Positions 20,830 to 30,604 of a stretch of 64,000 nt of DNA are shown piece after piece (the first letter of the stretch is position 1; every line of letters begins with the position of its first letter). This DNA is from Clostridia bacterium. GTDB lineage: Bacteria; Bacillota; Clostridia; Oscillospirales; CAG-272. The translations under genes and the position numbers were made by a program. The DNA lies in NCBI GenBank assembly GCA_017504245.1, contig JAFVRQ010000009.1, positions 2,224-66,223 on the forward strand, in the 5' to 3' direction. The notes below the pieces were generated by a model, which made no database searches, was not told the origin of the DNA, and saw only the letters and a program-made list of their open reading frames with translations.

Positions 20830-23265
20830 ATGAAATACGAGCATTTATTAATTGAAAAGAAATGGCAGGAATATTGGCAGAAGAATCAAACGTTTAAAAC
20901 TGACGTTTGGGATTTTTCAAAGCCAAAATATTACGTTCTTGATATGTTTCCGTATCCTTCCGGAGTAGGACTTCACGCAGGTCACCCCGAGGGCTATACG
21001 GCAACTGATATTGTGTCAAGAATGAAGAGAATGCAGGGCTATAACGTGCTTCACCCTATGGGCTATGACTCATTCGGTCTCCCTGCGGAGCAGTATGCGG
21101 TTAGCACGGGTAATCACCCCAACGGCTTTACGCAGACGAATATCAAAACGTTCTCAAATCAGCTCCGTGAGCTTGGCTTTGACTATGACTGGGATAAGAT
21201 GATTGCGACAAGTGATCCAAGCTTCTATAAATGGACGCAGTGGATCTTCAAGCAGCTCTATCTTGATGGCTACGCGCAGTACATCGATATGCCCGTTAAC
21301 TGGTGCGAGGAGCTTGGAACGGTTCTTTCAAACGACGAGGTTATTGACGGCAAGAGTGAGCGCGGCGGCTATCCCGTAGTGCGCAAAAATATGAAGCAGT
21401 GGGTTATCAATCAGCCCGCGTTTGCTGAAAAGCTTCTTGAGGGACTTGACGAGATCGATTGGCCCGAATCCACAAAGCTTATGCAGAAGAACTGGATTGG
21501 CAAATCCACGGGTGTTGAGGTTAAATTCCAAATAGTTGGCGGCGGTGAATTTTCAATCTTCACAACCTGCATTGAAACGATTTACGGCATTACCTTTATG
21601 GTGCTTGCGCCCGACGGTGAGGTTGTTAAGCAGTTGATGCCGAGAATTCAGAATAAGGAAGAGGTTGAAGCATACATAGCGGAAACTCTCAAGAAAAACG
21701 ATATGGACCGCACTGAGCTCAATAAGACAAAGTCGGGTTGTGAGCTTAAGGGTGTTACTTGTATAAATCCCGTTAACGGCAAGGAAGCAAGAATGTTCAT
21801 TGGAGACTTCGTGCTTGCAAGCTACGGTACGGGCGCTGTTATGGCAGTTCCTTCACACGATCAGCGCGACTTTGAATATGCGCAGGCGCACGGAATCGAT
21901 ATGATTCAGGTTATCGACGGTGACGAGAAATTAGGTCACGTTGACGTGAGCGAGCACGCATTCGAAAAGGGAGATTATCTTGGTAAGGGCTATCGCCTCG
22001 TAAATTCCGAGGAATTTAGCGGTCTTACCGTTGAAGAAGCAAAGGAGGCAATCACCTCAAAGCTTGAAGCGATGGGTGTTGCAAAGAGAACTGTTAACTA
22101 CCACTTTAGAGAGTGGATATTTGCTCGTCAGAGATATTGGGGAGAGCCCGTTCCCGTTGTTCACGGTGAGGATGGAGCCGTTCACGTTCTTCCTGACGAG
22201 GAGCTTCCTTTGGTGCTTCCCGAGCTTGAAAACTACAAGGGCGTTGGTGGAAAAGCACCCCTTGAAAACGCAGAGGAATGGAAATATTACGATAAAAACG
22301 GTATTAAGGGCAAGAGAGAAACCTCAACGATGCCCGGTTCTGCAGGCTCGAGCTGGTATTTCCTTCGTTATATTGATCCTAAAAACGATAAGGCACTCGC
22401 AGATCCCGAGCTTTTGAAGCATTGGATGCCCGTTGACCTCTATATCGGCGGTCCTGAGCACGCGGTTGGTCACCTTATGTATTCAAGAATTTGGAACAGA
22501 TACCTTTACGATAAGGGAATTGCACCCACGAAGGAGCCCTTCAAGAAGCTCGTTCATCAGGGTATGATTCTCGGCTCTAACGGTATCAAGATGGGAAAGA
22601 GATTCCCCGAATTCGTTGTAAATCCCTCCGACGTTGTTCGTGAATACGGCGCAGATACGCTCCGTCTTTACGAAATGTTTATGGGTCCGCTTGAGGTATC
22701 AAAACCTTGGAGTGATCAGGGCGTTGAGGGCGCAAGACGTTTCTTAAACCGTGTTTGGGCGTTCTTTACGGAGGCAGAAAACGTAATTGATGCTGAAGTT
22801 CCCGCACTTGAAAAGATTTATCATAAGAGCGTTAAGAAGATTACCGAGGACTTTGAAAAGCTCGCGTTCAATACGGCTATTTCGCAGATGATGATTTTCG
22901 TTAACGCGGTTTATAAGGAAGGCAAGTGCCCAAGAGAATACGCAGAGGGACTTATTAAGATGCTTTCTTGCATTTGTCCTCACGTTTGCGAGGAAATGTG
23001 GAGCATTCTCGGTCATAACGATACCATTGCTTATGAAGCTTGGCCTACCTACGATGAAGCAAAGACGGCTGACGACTCTGTTGAGGTTGCAGTTCAGGTT
23101 AACGGTAAGCTTCGCGCAACCGTAATGCTTCCTATGAATTGCGACAAGGACGAGGCAATCGCTATTGCCAAAGCCGACGAAAAGGTACAAGCCGCAATCG
23201 AGGGCAAAACGATAGTTAAGGAAATCTCCGTTCCCAATAAAATTGTAAATATAGTTGTAAAATAA
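20830..23265 (+). CDS. leuS: Leucine--tRNA ligase
   Basis: DMFPYPSG.GLHAGH, GTGAVMAVP.HDQRD, YGADTLRLY, VQVNGKLR. Confidence 0.98.
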   Translation: MKYEHLLIEKKWQEYWQKNQTFKTDVWDFSKPKYYVLDMFPYPSGVGLHAGHPEGYTATDIVSRMKRMQGYNVLHPMGYDSFGLPAEQYAVSTGNHPNGFTQTNIKTFSNQLRELGFDYDWDKMIATSDPSFYKWTQWIFKQLYLDGYAQYIDMPVNWCEELGTVLSNDEVIDGKSERGGYPVVRKNMKQWVINQPAFAEKLLEGLDEIDWPESTKLMQKNWIGKSTGVEVKFQIVGGGEFSIFTTCIETIYGITFMVLAPDGEVVKQLMPRIQNKEEVEAYIAETLKKNDMDRTELNKTKSGCELKGVTCINPVNGKEARMFIGDFVLASYGTGAVMAVPSHDQRDFEYAQAHGIDMIQVIDGDEKLGHVDVSEHAFEKGDYLGKGYRLVNSEEFSGLTVEEAKEAITSKLEAMGVAKRTVNYHFREWIFARQRYWGEPVPVVHGEDGAVHVLPDEELPLVLPELENYKGVGGKAPLENAEEWKYYDKNGIKGKRETSTMPGSAGSSWYFLRYIDPKNDKALADPELLKHWMPVDLYIGGPEHAVGHLMYSRIWNRYLYDKGIAPTKEPFKKLVHQGMILGSNGIKMGKRFPEFVVNPSDVVREYGADTLRLYEMFMGPLEVSKPWSDQGVEGARRFLNRVWAFFTEAENVIDAEVPALEKIYHKSVKKITEDFEKLAFNTAISQMMIFVNAVYKEGKCPREYAEGLIKMLSCICPHVCEEMWSILGHNDTIAYEAWPTYDEAKTADDSVEVAVQVNGKLRATVMLPMNCDKDEAIAIAKADEKVQAAIEGKTIVKEISVPNKIVNIVVK

Positions 23266-23301
23266 TTACAATGCTTTTGAGTAAGTCGGAAGAATAAAAT
23301 A

Positions 23302-23330
23302 TTGACAATATTGCGGTTATATGCTATAAT
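23302..23330 (+). promoter_or_regulatory. Consensus sigmaA promoter inside the islet
   Basis: TTGACA-17 bp-TATAAT with extended TG. Confidence 0.75.
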
Positions 23331-23523
23331 CATAGCAGAATAATAATGGACACACAAAGTGCCCAACGCAAAAAACGCAGAGTCGGGCATAATGCCTAAC
23401 TTTGCGTTTTTGTCTATTTTGGAATATTTTTTTAAAAGGTTGAAGAATTTCTCGAAGAAAAAAGGTAATATATTATAAGGATATAAATCCTTAAACAAAT
23501 AAATTTCAGAAAGGGAAAACATT

Positions 23524-25716
23524 ATGAAAAAATTGATTTGTCTTTTGCTCGTTGTTGTTATGACGTGCACGGTACTTTCGGGGTGTGAGTGGAGCGATTT
23601 ATTTAATTGTATGATTATACCATCAACTACTACCGCTACAATTGACGAAATCGAATGGGAAGAAAAAATAATTTGGGACGGAGATGTTAATGCAAATTTT
23701 GTAATTGGAGAACTTTTGGTTATTATTGATAGAGCTATAAGTGTACCAAACAAAGTTTATGAACCGGAATTTTTTGTTGGAGTTGAAGTTGTAAAGATAA
23801 TAGATCAAAGTTCCCCAATAAAAGACTTTGAAAATATCCCGGAGGATTATAATCAAAGACTTTATATTGTTCTTGCAGAAACCTATGATACTAAGGAAAA
23901 GACATTAGAAGCCATGAGAATATTGGAGTCGGTTGAGGGCATAAAATCTGTTTCTCCCAATTTATTCCTTAATTGGGACACTACACCTAACGATATATTT
24001 TTTGATAATAGCATTGGAATTCACGATCAATGGTCATTAGAAAAGATATAGATCGAGAAGGTTTGGGATTTTAGTACGGGAACATCTGATCTTAAAGTCG
24101 CGGTTTTAGATAGGGGTGTTTCCTCTCATGAGGATTTGGATGATAATTATGATATTTCTAATGCTTGCGATTTTTATGACGCAACCTTGGAAGTTCCGTT
24201 TTTTTGCAAGATTGATGAAAGTGGACACGGTACTCATGTTGCCGGTATAATCGGCGCAAAAGGAAATAACAATTTAGGTGTTTGCGGTATAAATTGGGAT
24301 GTGTCTATTGTTCAAATGAGAGTTATAGGTGCAGAAACGATTTATTCATTCACTAATGCCCTTGAGTGGGCCATATCCGATGATATTGATATTATAAGTA
24401 TGTCAGCCAGTATTTATGAACCCATACCATATGCAGAAGATGCGATTAGAGATTATTGCAATCAAGGAGGGATATTTGTTTGTTCTACAGGTAACGACGA
24501 ACAGGATAACGATTCGTATGGTCAGTACAATTATCCTTCTTACTATGGTTCCAACCTATATGAAGATAAAATTGATAATATGATAAGTGTAGGTAGAGTT
24601 GATTGGAATGATAGCCGTCCCGATGATGCAAATTGGGGATTGGAGACGATAAATATTTACGCGCCGGGGCAATATATTTTGAGTACATTTCCAATAGATA
24701 TTTGTCTTGAGGGGAATTATGGCGTTGATACGGAAAGCGGTGATACATACTGGGCTTGTGAGTGCGAGTTTGAATACGATGAGCTTAGTGAAGATGAAGG
24801 GGAATGGGTTCATGTTTCCAATCACCATATAAATGGTTATCACTTTATGTCAGGTAGTTCAATGTCCACACCACATGTTTCTGGTGTAGCTGCGCTGTTA
24901 TTATCAGTCAATCCAAATCTAACTGCTACTCAAATAGAAAGCTGTATAATGAATGGAGCAGATACAATCACTATTACTACGGGCGATGGTGAGGATCAGT
25001 CCGTAAAACGTTTGAACGCTTGGGGCGCATTTAAGTATTTGATGGACAACTATCCCATATATGAGCGAAGCATAGGATATGATGATTGTACAGGTTCATA
25101 TTACGTTGATGCAGATGCACCGTATATGAAGGACAATACTATGATGATAAAATATAATATTCAAAATCCAGGCAGTTATACTTTTACCCTTTCTTCCAAT
25201 AGTCCTATAGAAGTGAAATTGTATAATAGCAATTTAGAGGAGATTGTTACTACACAAACGATAGTAAACAATGGTTGCGAAATTGAATTTACTTATACCT
25301 TGTCTACAAGTACATATTATATAAAAACCAACTATATAAACGATTCAGTAGAAGGCACTATAAATATTGAAATCGATTGTCCACCTCATACTCACGAATA
25401 CATCGGCTGGACGTATTACAGTCCAACTCAACATATTGAATGTTGTGAATGCGGTCAAAAAGGTACTCAAAAAGGTTCTCACATAGTACAGGAAGGAAGT
25501 GTAGTAAATTACAAGGGCATTTGTATGTATTGCCGAGCAACTGTATTTCTTTTGGACAATCATTTTCCAGATTTAATGAGTGTTACAAGATATAGCATAA
25601 ACGGCTCATATATTTTGCCTAACGGAATTATAGTGCTTGTTGATGAAGATATAGAAGCATACGAAAACGGCACGCTTGTGTTCTATGACAAGGATAATTT
25701 GCCACAGACACAGTAA
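23524..25716 (+). pseudogene. S8 (subtilisin-like) serine protease lipoprotein interrupted by one in-frame TAG at 24049-24051
   Basis: Lipobox VLSGC; frame continues across TAG (WSLEKI*IEKVWDF..VAVLDRG); GHGTHVAG and SGSSMSTPHVSG catalytic motifs. Confidence 0.85.
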
Positions 25717-25888
25717 TGGTATTTCAACATTTTAAAGCTTAATATTGGGTGTAACATCACATTGAAAATAAATTTCAAATATCGTTGTAAAATAATTAAA
25801 AAACCCCTTGACAAATGGGGAAATATAGTGTAAAATATAACAGTATATTGTTCGAGTAGCTCGAACCTTGAGGGGAGGGAAACAGAAA

Positions 25889-26065
25889 ATGGCAGAAGTA
25901 AGAGTTAAAGAAGGCGAATCTTTGGATAGTGCTCTTCGTCGCTTCAAGCGCCAGTGCGCTCGTTCCGGTATCCTCACTGAACTTCGTAAGAGAGAACACT
26001 ACGAAAAGCCCAGTGTTAAGCGCAAGAAGAAGTCAGAGGCTGCAAGAAAGCGCAAATACAAATAA
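25889..26065 (+). CDS. rpsU: 30S ribosomal protein S21
   Basis: [12 protein letters not shown]...[16 protein letters not shown]; TTGACA/TAAAAT promoter at 25808-25836. Confidence 0.98.
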   Translation: MAEVRVKEGESLDSALRRFKRQCARSGILTELRKREHYEKPSVKRKKKSEAARKRKYK

Positions 26066-26077
26066 TATTTGTTAATA

Positions 26078-26114
26078 ACAAAAATGGAGATGTGTTTTTC
26101 ACATCTCCTTTTGT
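26078..26114. terminator. Bidirectional terminator
   Basis: ggagatgtg/cacatctcc stem flanked by A and T tracts between convergent genes. Confidence 0.75.
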
Positions 26115-26117
26115 TTT

Positions 26118-26771
26118 TTATATACTTTTTACTTGTTCCATAAACGAAGAAACTGAATTGAAAAATTCCGTATCGTTAAAGCTTTTAAACCTTGGCGTAT
26201 CTGCCGTGCGGGAGGAATTTTTAGAAAAAGAGGGAATAAGCACATCGCAAATCGTACTTATTCTTGCAAGCTCGTTAGCAAGTGCCTTCTTTTGTGCGAG
26301 TGCTTTTTCTATTTCGAGAATAAATTCACTGTCAATGCGTGAAATTTCGTCCTCATATTTCTCGTTTTTGCCGAACGCCGCCTTATAGGGAAGGAAATCG
26401 GTATAATTTTTTGATATATCAATATGTATTTTTTCAATCTCTTTGATTTTTCCCGACACGGTGATTGCTTCGCGGTAAAGCTCTCTTTGAATATTTGAAA
26501 TATTATTTATTGCCCCATAATATTTGGGAATGATCTTATCGATTTCATTTTTACTCAGCTTCGCGGAGAAAAATGAATCGCTTTTTGCAAAATTCATTAG
26601 GGCTTCGCAACAAGCAACTATTTGGATTTTTGCGTTATTTATATTTTCATCGGAATAATTCTCAAATTCAATTTTGTCAACTTTAAATTCAAGCGTAACG
26701 GTATCTTGTTTCAAAAGCTCCAAATACTTTTTGTGCTGCGGCGGTGTTAATGAAAGTATAAGCGCGTCCAT
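26118..26771 (-). CDS. Hypothetical helical/coiled-coil protein
   Basis: 217-aa ORF with AAGGAG RBS; no recognised family. Confidence 0.65.
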   Translation of the reverse strand: MDALILSLTPPQHKKYLELLKQDTVTLEFKVDKIEFENYSDENINNAKIQIVACCEALMNFAKSDSFFSAKLSKNEIDKIIPKYYGAINNISNIQRELYREAITVSGKIKEIEKIHIDISKNYTDFLPYKAAFGKNEKYEDEISRIDSEFILEIEKALAQKKALANELARISTICDVLIPSFSKNSSRTADTPRFKSFNDTEFFNSVSSFMEQVKSI

Positions 26772-26852
26772 ATTCTTCTCCTTTCGTTTCTTTACTATAT
26801 ATTATAATAAAAAACCCGACCGTAGTCAAGGTCGAGTTTTTATTTGTAAACA

Positions 26853-27089
26853 TTATTTAATTTCAACGTTTACCTTTTTGCCGCAGTCTGCAGATGCTGC
26901 CTTTATCACAGATCTGATTGCCTTGGCAATTTTTCCGTTTTTGCCGATAACCATTCCCATATCCTCGGGTGCAACGTTGAGGGAGAGGGTAATGCTACGG
27001 TCATCTTCAGTAAGGATAACGGTAACCTCATCAGGATTGTCAACAATCGCGCGTGCGATGTCAGTCAAAATCTGCTTCAAATCCGTCAT
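26853..27089 (-). CDS. khpA: KH-domain RNA-binding protein KhpA
   Basis: DMGMVIGKNGKIAKAIR; downstream of rpsP. Confidence 0.95.
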   Translation of the reverse strand: MTDLKQILTDIARAIVDNPDEVTVILTEDDRSITLSLNVAPEDMGMVIGKNGKIAKAIRSVIKAASADCGKKVNVEIK

Positions 27090-27108
27090 CGTTATCTCCT
27101 GCCTTTAA

Positions 27109-27354
27109 TTAGTCAACGATGTTGCTTCTCTTAAGCAAGGATTTAACAGTGTCTGTGGGCTGAGCACCGTTAGCGAGCCACTTCTTTGCCTTGTCAGCAT
27201 CGATCTTGATTTCAGCGGGCTCTGTGATGGGGTTGTAGTAACCGATTTCCTCGATGAAACGACCGTCTCTGGGATAACGGCTGTCTGCTACAACAACACG
27301 GTAAAAGGGTGCTTTCTTCTGACCCATTCTTCTAAGTCTGATTTTTACTGCCAT
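27109..27354 (-). CDS. rpsP: 30S ribosomal protein S16
   Basis: [27 protein letters not shown]. Confidence 0.98.
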   Translation of the reverse strand: MAVKIRLRRMGQKKAPFYRVVVADSRYPRDGRFIEEIGYYNPITEPAEIKIDADKAKKWLANGAQPTDTVKSLLKRSNIVD

Positions 27355-27419
27355 AATAATATTCCTCCAAGAATAAAATAAAATTATTTTTTTGTTTTTG
27401 TTATTATAAAAATCCCAAA

Positions 27420-28769
27420 TTAAAAGGGCATTTTCATTCCGCGTCTGCCAAATCCCATTTTCTTGAGCTTTTTGGGATCTGAGAATTGCTTCATCATCTT
27501 TTTCATTTGTTCAAACTGACGAAGAAGCTTGTTTACCTCCTCAACACTCGTTCCGCTTCCCTTAGCGATACGAATCTTGCGAGATGAGTTGATGATTTCG
27601 GGGCTAACGCGCTCTTCCATAGTCATAGAGCGAATTATTGCCTCCATATGCGCCATTGCCTTTTCATCCACCTTAACGTCCTTCAGCGCGCCCGCATTCA
27701 TACCGGGCATCATACTGAGCATCTGCTCAACGCCGCCCATATTACGAAGCTGCTGAAACTGCTCAAGGAAGTCGTCAAGTGTAAACTTTTGTTGGCGAAT
27801 TTTTTGTTCCAGCTCCGCGCTCTTCTTTTCGTCATACGCCTCCTGCGCCTTTTCGATAAGAGAGAGAACGTCGCCCATACCGAGAATTCTCGATGCCATT
27901 CTTTCGGGGTGGAAGGGCTCGATTGTGTCGAGCTTTTCGCCCGTACCGATAAACTTGATGGGCTTGCCCGTAACGTGCTTGATGGAAAGAGCCGCACCGC
28001 CTCTCGTATCACCGTCGAGCTTTGTGAGAACAACGCCCGTAATGTCGAGAAGCTCGTTAAAGGTCTCTGCAACGTTAACCGCGTCCTGACCGATCATCGC
28101 GTCAACCGTGAGAAGAATTTCCGTGGGTTTAACCTCTGCTTTGATGGATTTAAGCTCGTTCATAAGGGCTTCGTCGATATGCAAACGGCCTGCGGTATCA
28201 ATAAATACCATATCATAGCCCTTTTGCTTTGCATACGCAACGCCTTCCTTGGCGATGGTGACGGGGGAGACCTTATCACCCATTGTGAAAACGGGGATAT
28301 CGAGCTTTTCACCAACTATCTGCAACTGCTTGATAGCGGCGGGACGGTAAATGTCACAAGCAACCAAAAGCGGATGCTTGCCTTGTTTCTTATAAAGACC
28401 TGCGAGCTTGCCTGCGTGAGTGGTTTTACCTGCGCCCTGAAGACCGACCATCATAACGATGGTGGGGGGGGCGGAGGCAATAGTCAACTTTGACTGAGTG
28501 CCGCCCATAAGGTTTATAAGCTCTTCATTAACGATTTTAACAATTTGCTGCGCTGGAAGAAGGGATTCAAGAACCTCCTCACCAACTGCGCGCTCCGAAA
28601 CGGTATTAACAAAGCTTTTAACTACCTTGAAGTTTACGTCTGCCTCAAGAAGCGCAAGCTTTATTTCTCTCATTCCAACTTTAACATCTTCGGGGGTGAG
28701 CTTTCCTTTGTTTCTGAATTTTTTGAACGCATTATTCAGCTTGTCGCTGAGACTTTCAAACATTCCCAT
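27420..28769 (-). CDS. ffh: Signal recognition particle protein Ffh
   Basis: [24 protein letters not shown]; Met-rich M domain. Confidence 0.98.
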   Translation of the reverse strand: MGMFESLSDKLNNAFKKFRNKGKLTPEDVKVGMREIKLALLEADVNFKVVKSFVNTVSERAVGEEVLESLLPAQQIVKIVNEELINLMGGTQSKLTIASAPPTIVMMVGLQGAGKTTHAGKLAGLYKKQGKHPLLVACDIYRPAAIKQLQIVGEKLDIPVFTMGDKVSPVTIAKEGVAYAKQKGYDMVFIDTAGRLHIDEALMNELKSIKAEVKPTEILLTVDAMIGQDAVNVAETFNELLDITGVVLTKLDGDTRGGAALSIKHVTGKPIKFIGTGEKLDTIEPFHPERMASRILGMGDVLSLIEKAQEAYDEKKSAELEQKIRQQKFTLDDFLEQFQQLRNMGGVEQMLSMMPGMNAGALKDVKVDEKAMAHMEAIIRSMTMEERVSPEIINSSRKIRIAKGSGTSVEEVNKLLRQFEQMKKMMKQFSDPKKLKKMGFGRRGMKMPF

Positions 28770-28789
28770 ATACAAACCTCCAAAATGTA

Positions 28790-29122
28790 TTATTTAATTA
28801 TTTTGGCAATCTCCTCAATTTCCTTTTGGATTTCGTGGGATAGCCCTTCGTTTTCTGCTATACGGAGCATATTGTCGGAGTGGAGCCGAAGCGCGCTCAT
28901 TTTTTGAGCAAGCCCTAACTTTTCCTCAAGGAAGAAGATTTCCTCCTCCGCCTTTTTGATAAGGTCGCGCACACCCTGGCGCGAAATTCCGATCTGCTCG
29001 GCAATTTCCGCTAAGGAGAGGTCCTCGTTATAATACATATCAAGAACTTCCTTTTTGCGCTCGGTCAAAACGTCGCCGTAAAAATCGAGCAGATATGCTT
29101 TTTTTAAGTCCTTTTCAAACAT
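28790..29122 (-). CDS. ylxM: YlxM family DNA-binding protein
   Basis: LLDFYG.VLT...YYNEDLSLAEIAE..GISRQGV; upstream of ffh. Confidence 0.93.
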   Translation of the reverse strand: MFEKDLKKAYLLDFYGDVLTERKKEVLDMYYNEDLSLAEIAEQIGISRQGVRDLIKKAEEEIFFLEEKLGLAQKMSALRLHSDNMLRIAENEGLSHEIQKEIEEIAKIIK

Positions 29123-29308
29123 AACTAACCTCAAAATATGTGTAAAGCAAAATACTTTACACATTATATCACAGAGATATTGACTTGTCAATAGCTTTTT
29201 TTAAACTTTTTTAAAAAATATTTACAAATAAATGTTAAATATCCATTGAAAAATTTTAAAAAATAGTGTAAAATATATTATCTATACATATTAAGTGAGA
29301 ATTTACGA

Positions 29309-30604
29309 ATGAAAGATATAAAATGTACGGCTAACGGCGGTCGTATAAGCGTTTACAAATATGGAACGGATCGCTTTAAGGGTGAGAGCATCACCGTTTA
29401 TCTTTGCTTGCCAACAAGCAGGGAAAAGAGCGTAGCGCGTTCGCTTCTTCTTTCGGTGCTAAAGCGAGGAACTGAAAAATACCCCTCGCAAAAGCAGATA
29501 AACGAGCGGCTTGACGAGCTTTATGCAACGCTTGTAAATTTGAAAAATCAAAAATTTGACGCAGCGCAGCTTTTAGGTGTTTCTGCTGACGTGATATATC
29601 CCGCATATACGGAAAACGGTGAGGACCTTTTACCCGATGCGCTTGAGGTTATCGGGCAAATGATTTACCACCCAAGCTTTGATGAGAGCACGGGAAGGTT
29701 TAGCAGGGAATATATCGAAAGCGAAAAGGAAAATTACAAAAGCATAATTCTTTCGCAGATAAACGAGCCGAGAACTTATGCGGCGATCAGATGCCGCGAG
29801 GAGATGTTTGCTTCGCTTAACGTTCTCGAAAAGCTCGACACAATGTGCGATAAAATTGATAACGTAACAGACGAGGAAATATATAATTGCTATCTTGAGC
29901 TTATCAATGAAGCGAGGATTTTGGTTTTCTACGTTGGAAGCAGAACCTCCGAGGAAATTTATGAGCTTATCGAAAAAACAGTAACTCTTGGTTGCGAAAG
30001 GCACGGCGCTATAGAAGAAGCAAAGCCGAAGCTTCTTTCAAATATTCAAGAGCCGAATGTGATAATCGAAAACTCCGATATATCGCAGGGGCGACTCGTT
30101 ATGGGATTAAATTGCGGTGTAACGTGGCAGGATGAGGATTATTACGCAATGCTTCTTTGTAACGAAATTCTTGGCGCATCCCCGATTTCAAAGCTGATGA
30201 TGAACGTGCGCGAGGCGATGTCGATGTGCTATGAGTGTTCGTCGGTTTACAATAGCGCGCGCGGTGCGATTTTTGTAACTACAGGCATTGACTCTGAAAA
30301 TTTTGAGCTTGCTAAAAATGCGATTTTTGCTCAAATTCAGGATATTCAAAAGGGAAAAATCAGCGAAACGGAGTTTTTAGCCGCTAAAAAATCGATTTTG
30401 AACGTTTATTCCGCCGTTGCGGATTCACCGAATGCCATTGAGAGATTTTATCTTGGCAGAATAGTGAACGGAATTGACACGGATATTCCCGAATTTATTG
30501 AGAAAATCAATGTATTGACTATTGAGCAGGTGGTTGAGGCGGCAAAGAAAATTACGCCTCATACAATCTACTTTTTGCGCGGAGAGGGGGAGAATGATGA
30601 ATAA
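29309..30604 (+). CDS. ymfF: M16 peptidase-like protein (YmfF-like, no HXXEH)
   Basis: LKRGT.KYPS, SKLMMNVRE..S.CY; paired with the YmfH-like gene. Confidence 0.8.
   Translation: MKDIKCTANGGRISVYKYGTDRFKGESITVYLCLPTSREKSVARSLLLSVLKRGTEKYPSQKQINERLDELYATLVNLKNQKFDAAQLLGVSADVIYPAYTENGEDLLPDALEVIGQMIYHPSFDESTGRFSREYIESEKENYKSIILSQINEPRTYAAIRCREEMFASLNVLEKLDTMCDKIDNVTDEEIYNCYLELINEARILVFYVGSRTSEEIYELIEKTVTLGCERHGAIEEAKPKLLSNIQEPNVIIENSDISQGRLVMGLNCGVTWQDEDYYAMLLCNEILGASPISKLMMNVREAMSMCYECSSVYNSARGAIFVTTGIDSENFELAKNAIFAQIQDIQKGKISETEFLAAKKSILNVYSAVADSPNAIERFYLGRIVNGIDTDIPEFIEKINVLTIEQVVEAAKKITPHTIYFLRGEGENDE

Larger units (their letters stand above)
23247..25798. mobile_element. Integrase-less 2.5 kb islet bounded by 22-bp direct repeats of the leuS 3' end
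   Basis: aaatatAgttgtaaaataatta (23247-23268) versus aaatatCgttgtaaaataatta (25777-25798); AT-rich cargo. Confidence 0.65.

Noticed and set aside
24049-24051. Genome-wide TAG reassignment
   Set aside because: Several genes in the window end at TAG at their expected lengths.
26118-26771. TelA/toxic-anion-resistance-like assignment
   Set aside because: Only a vague resemblance in one C-terminal segment; left as hypothetical.
28464-28471. G8 tract as a phase-variation site
   Set aside because: It lies inside essential ffh, encodes Ala-Pro-Pro, and the frame is intact. The same applies to the G tract in gpmI near 52694.
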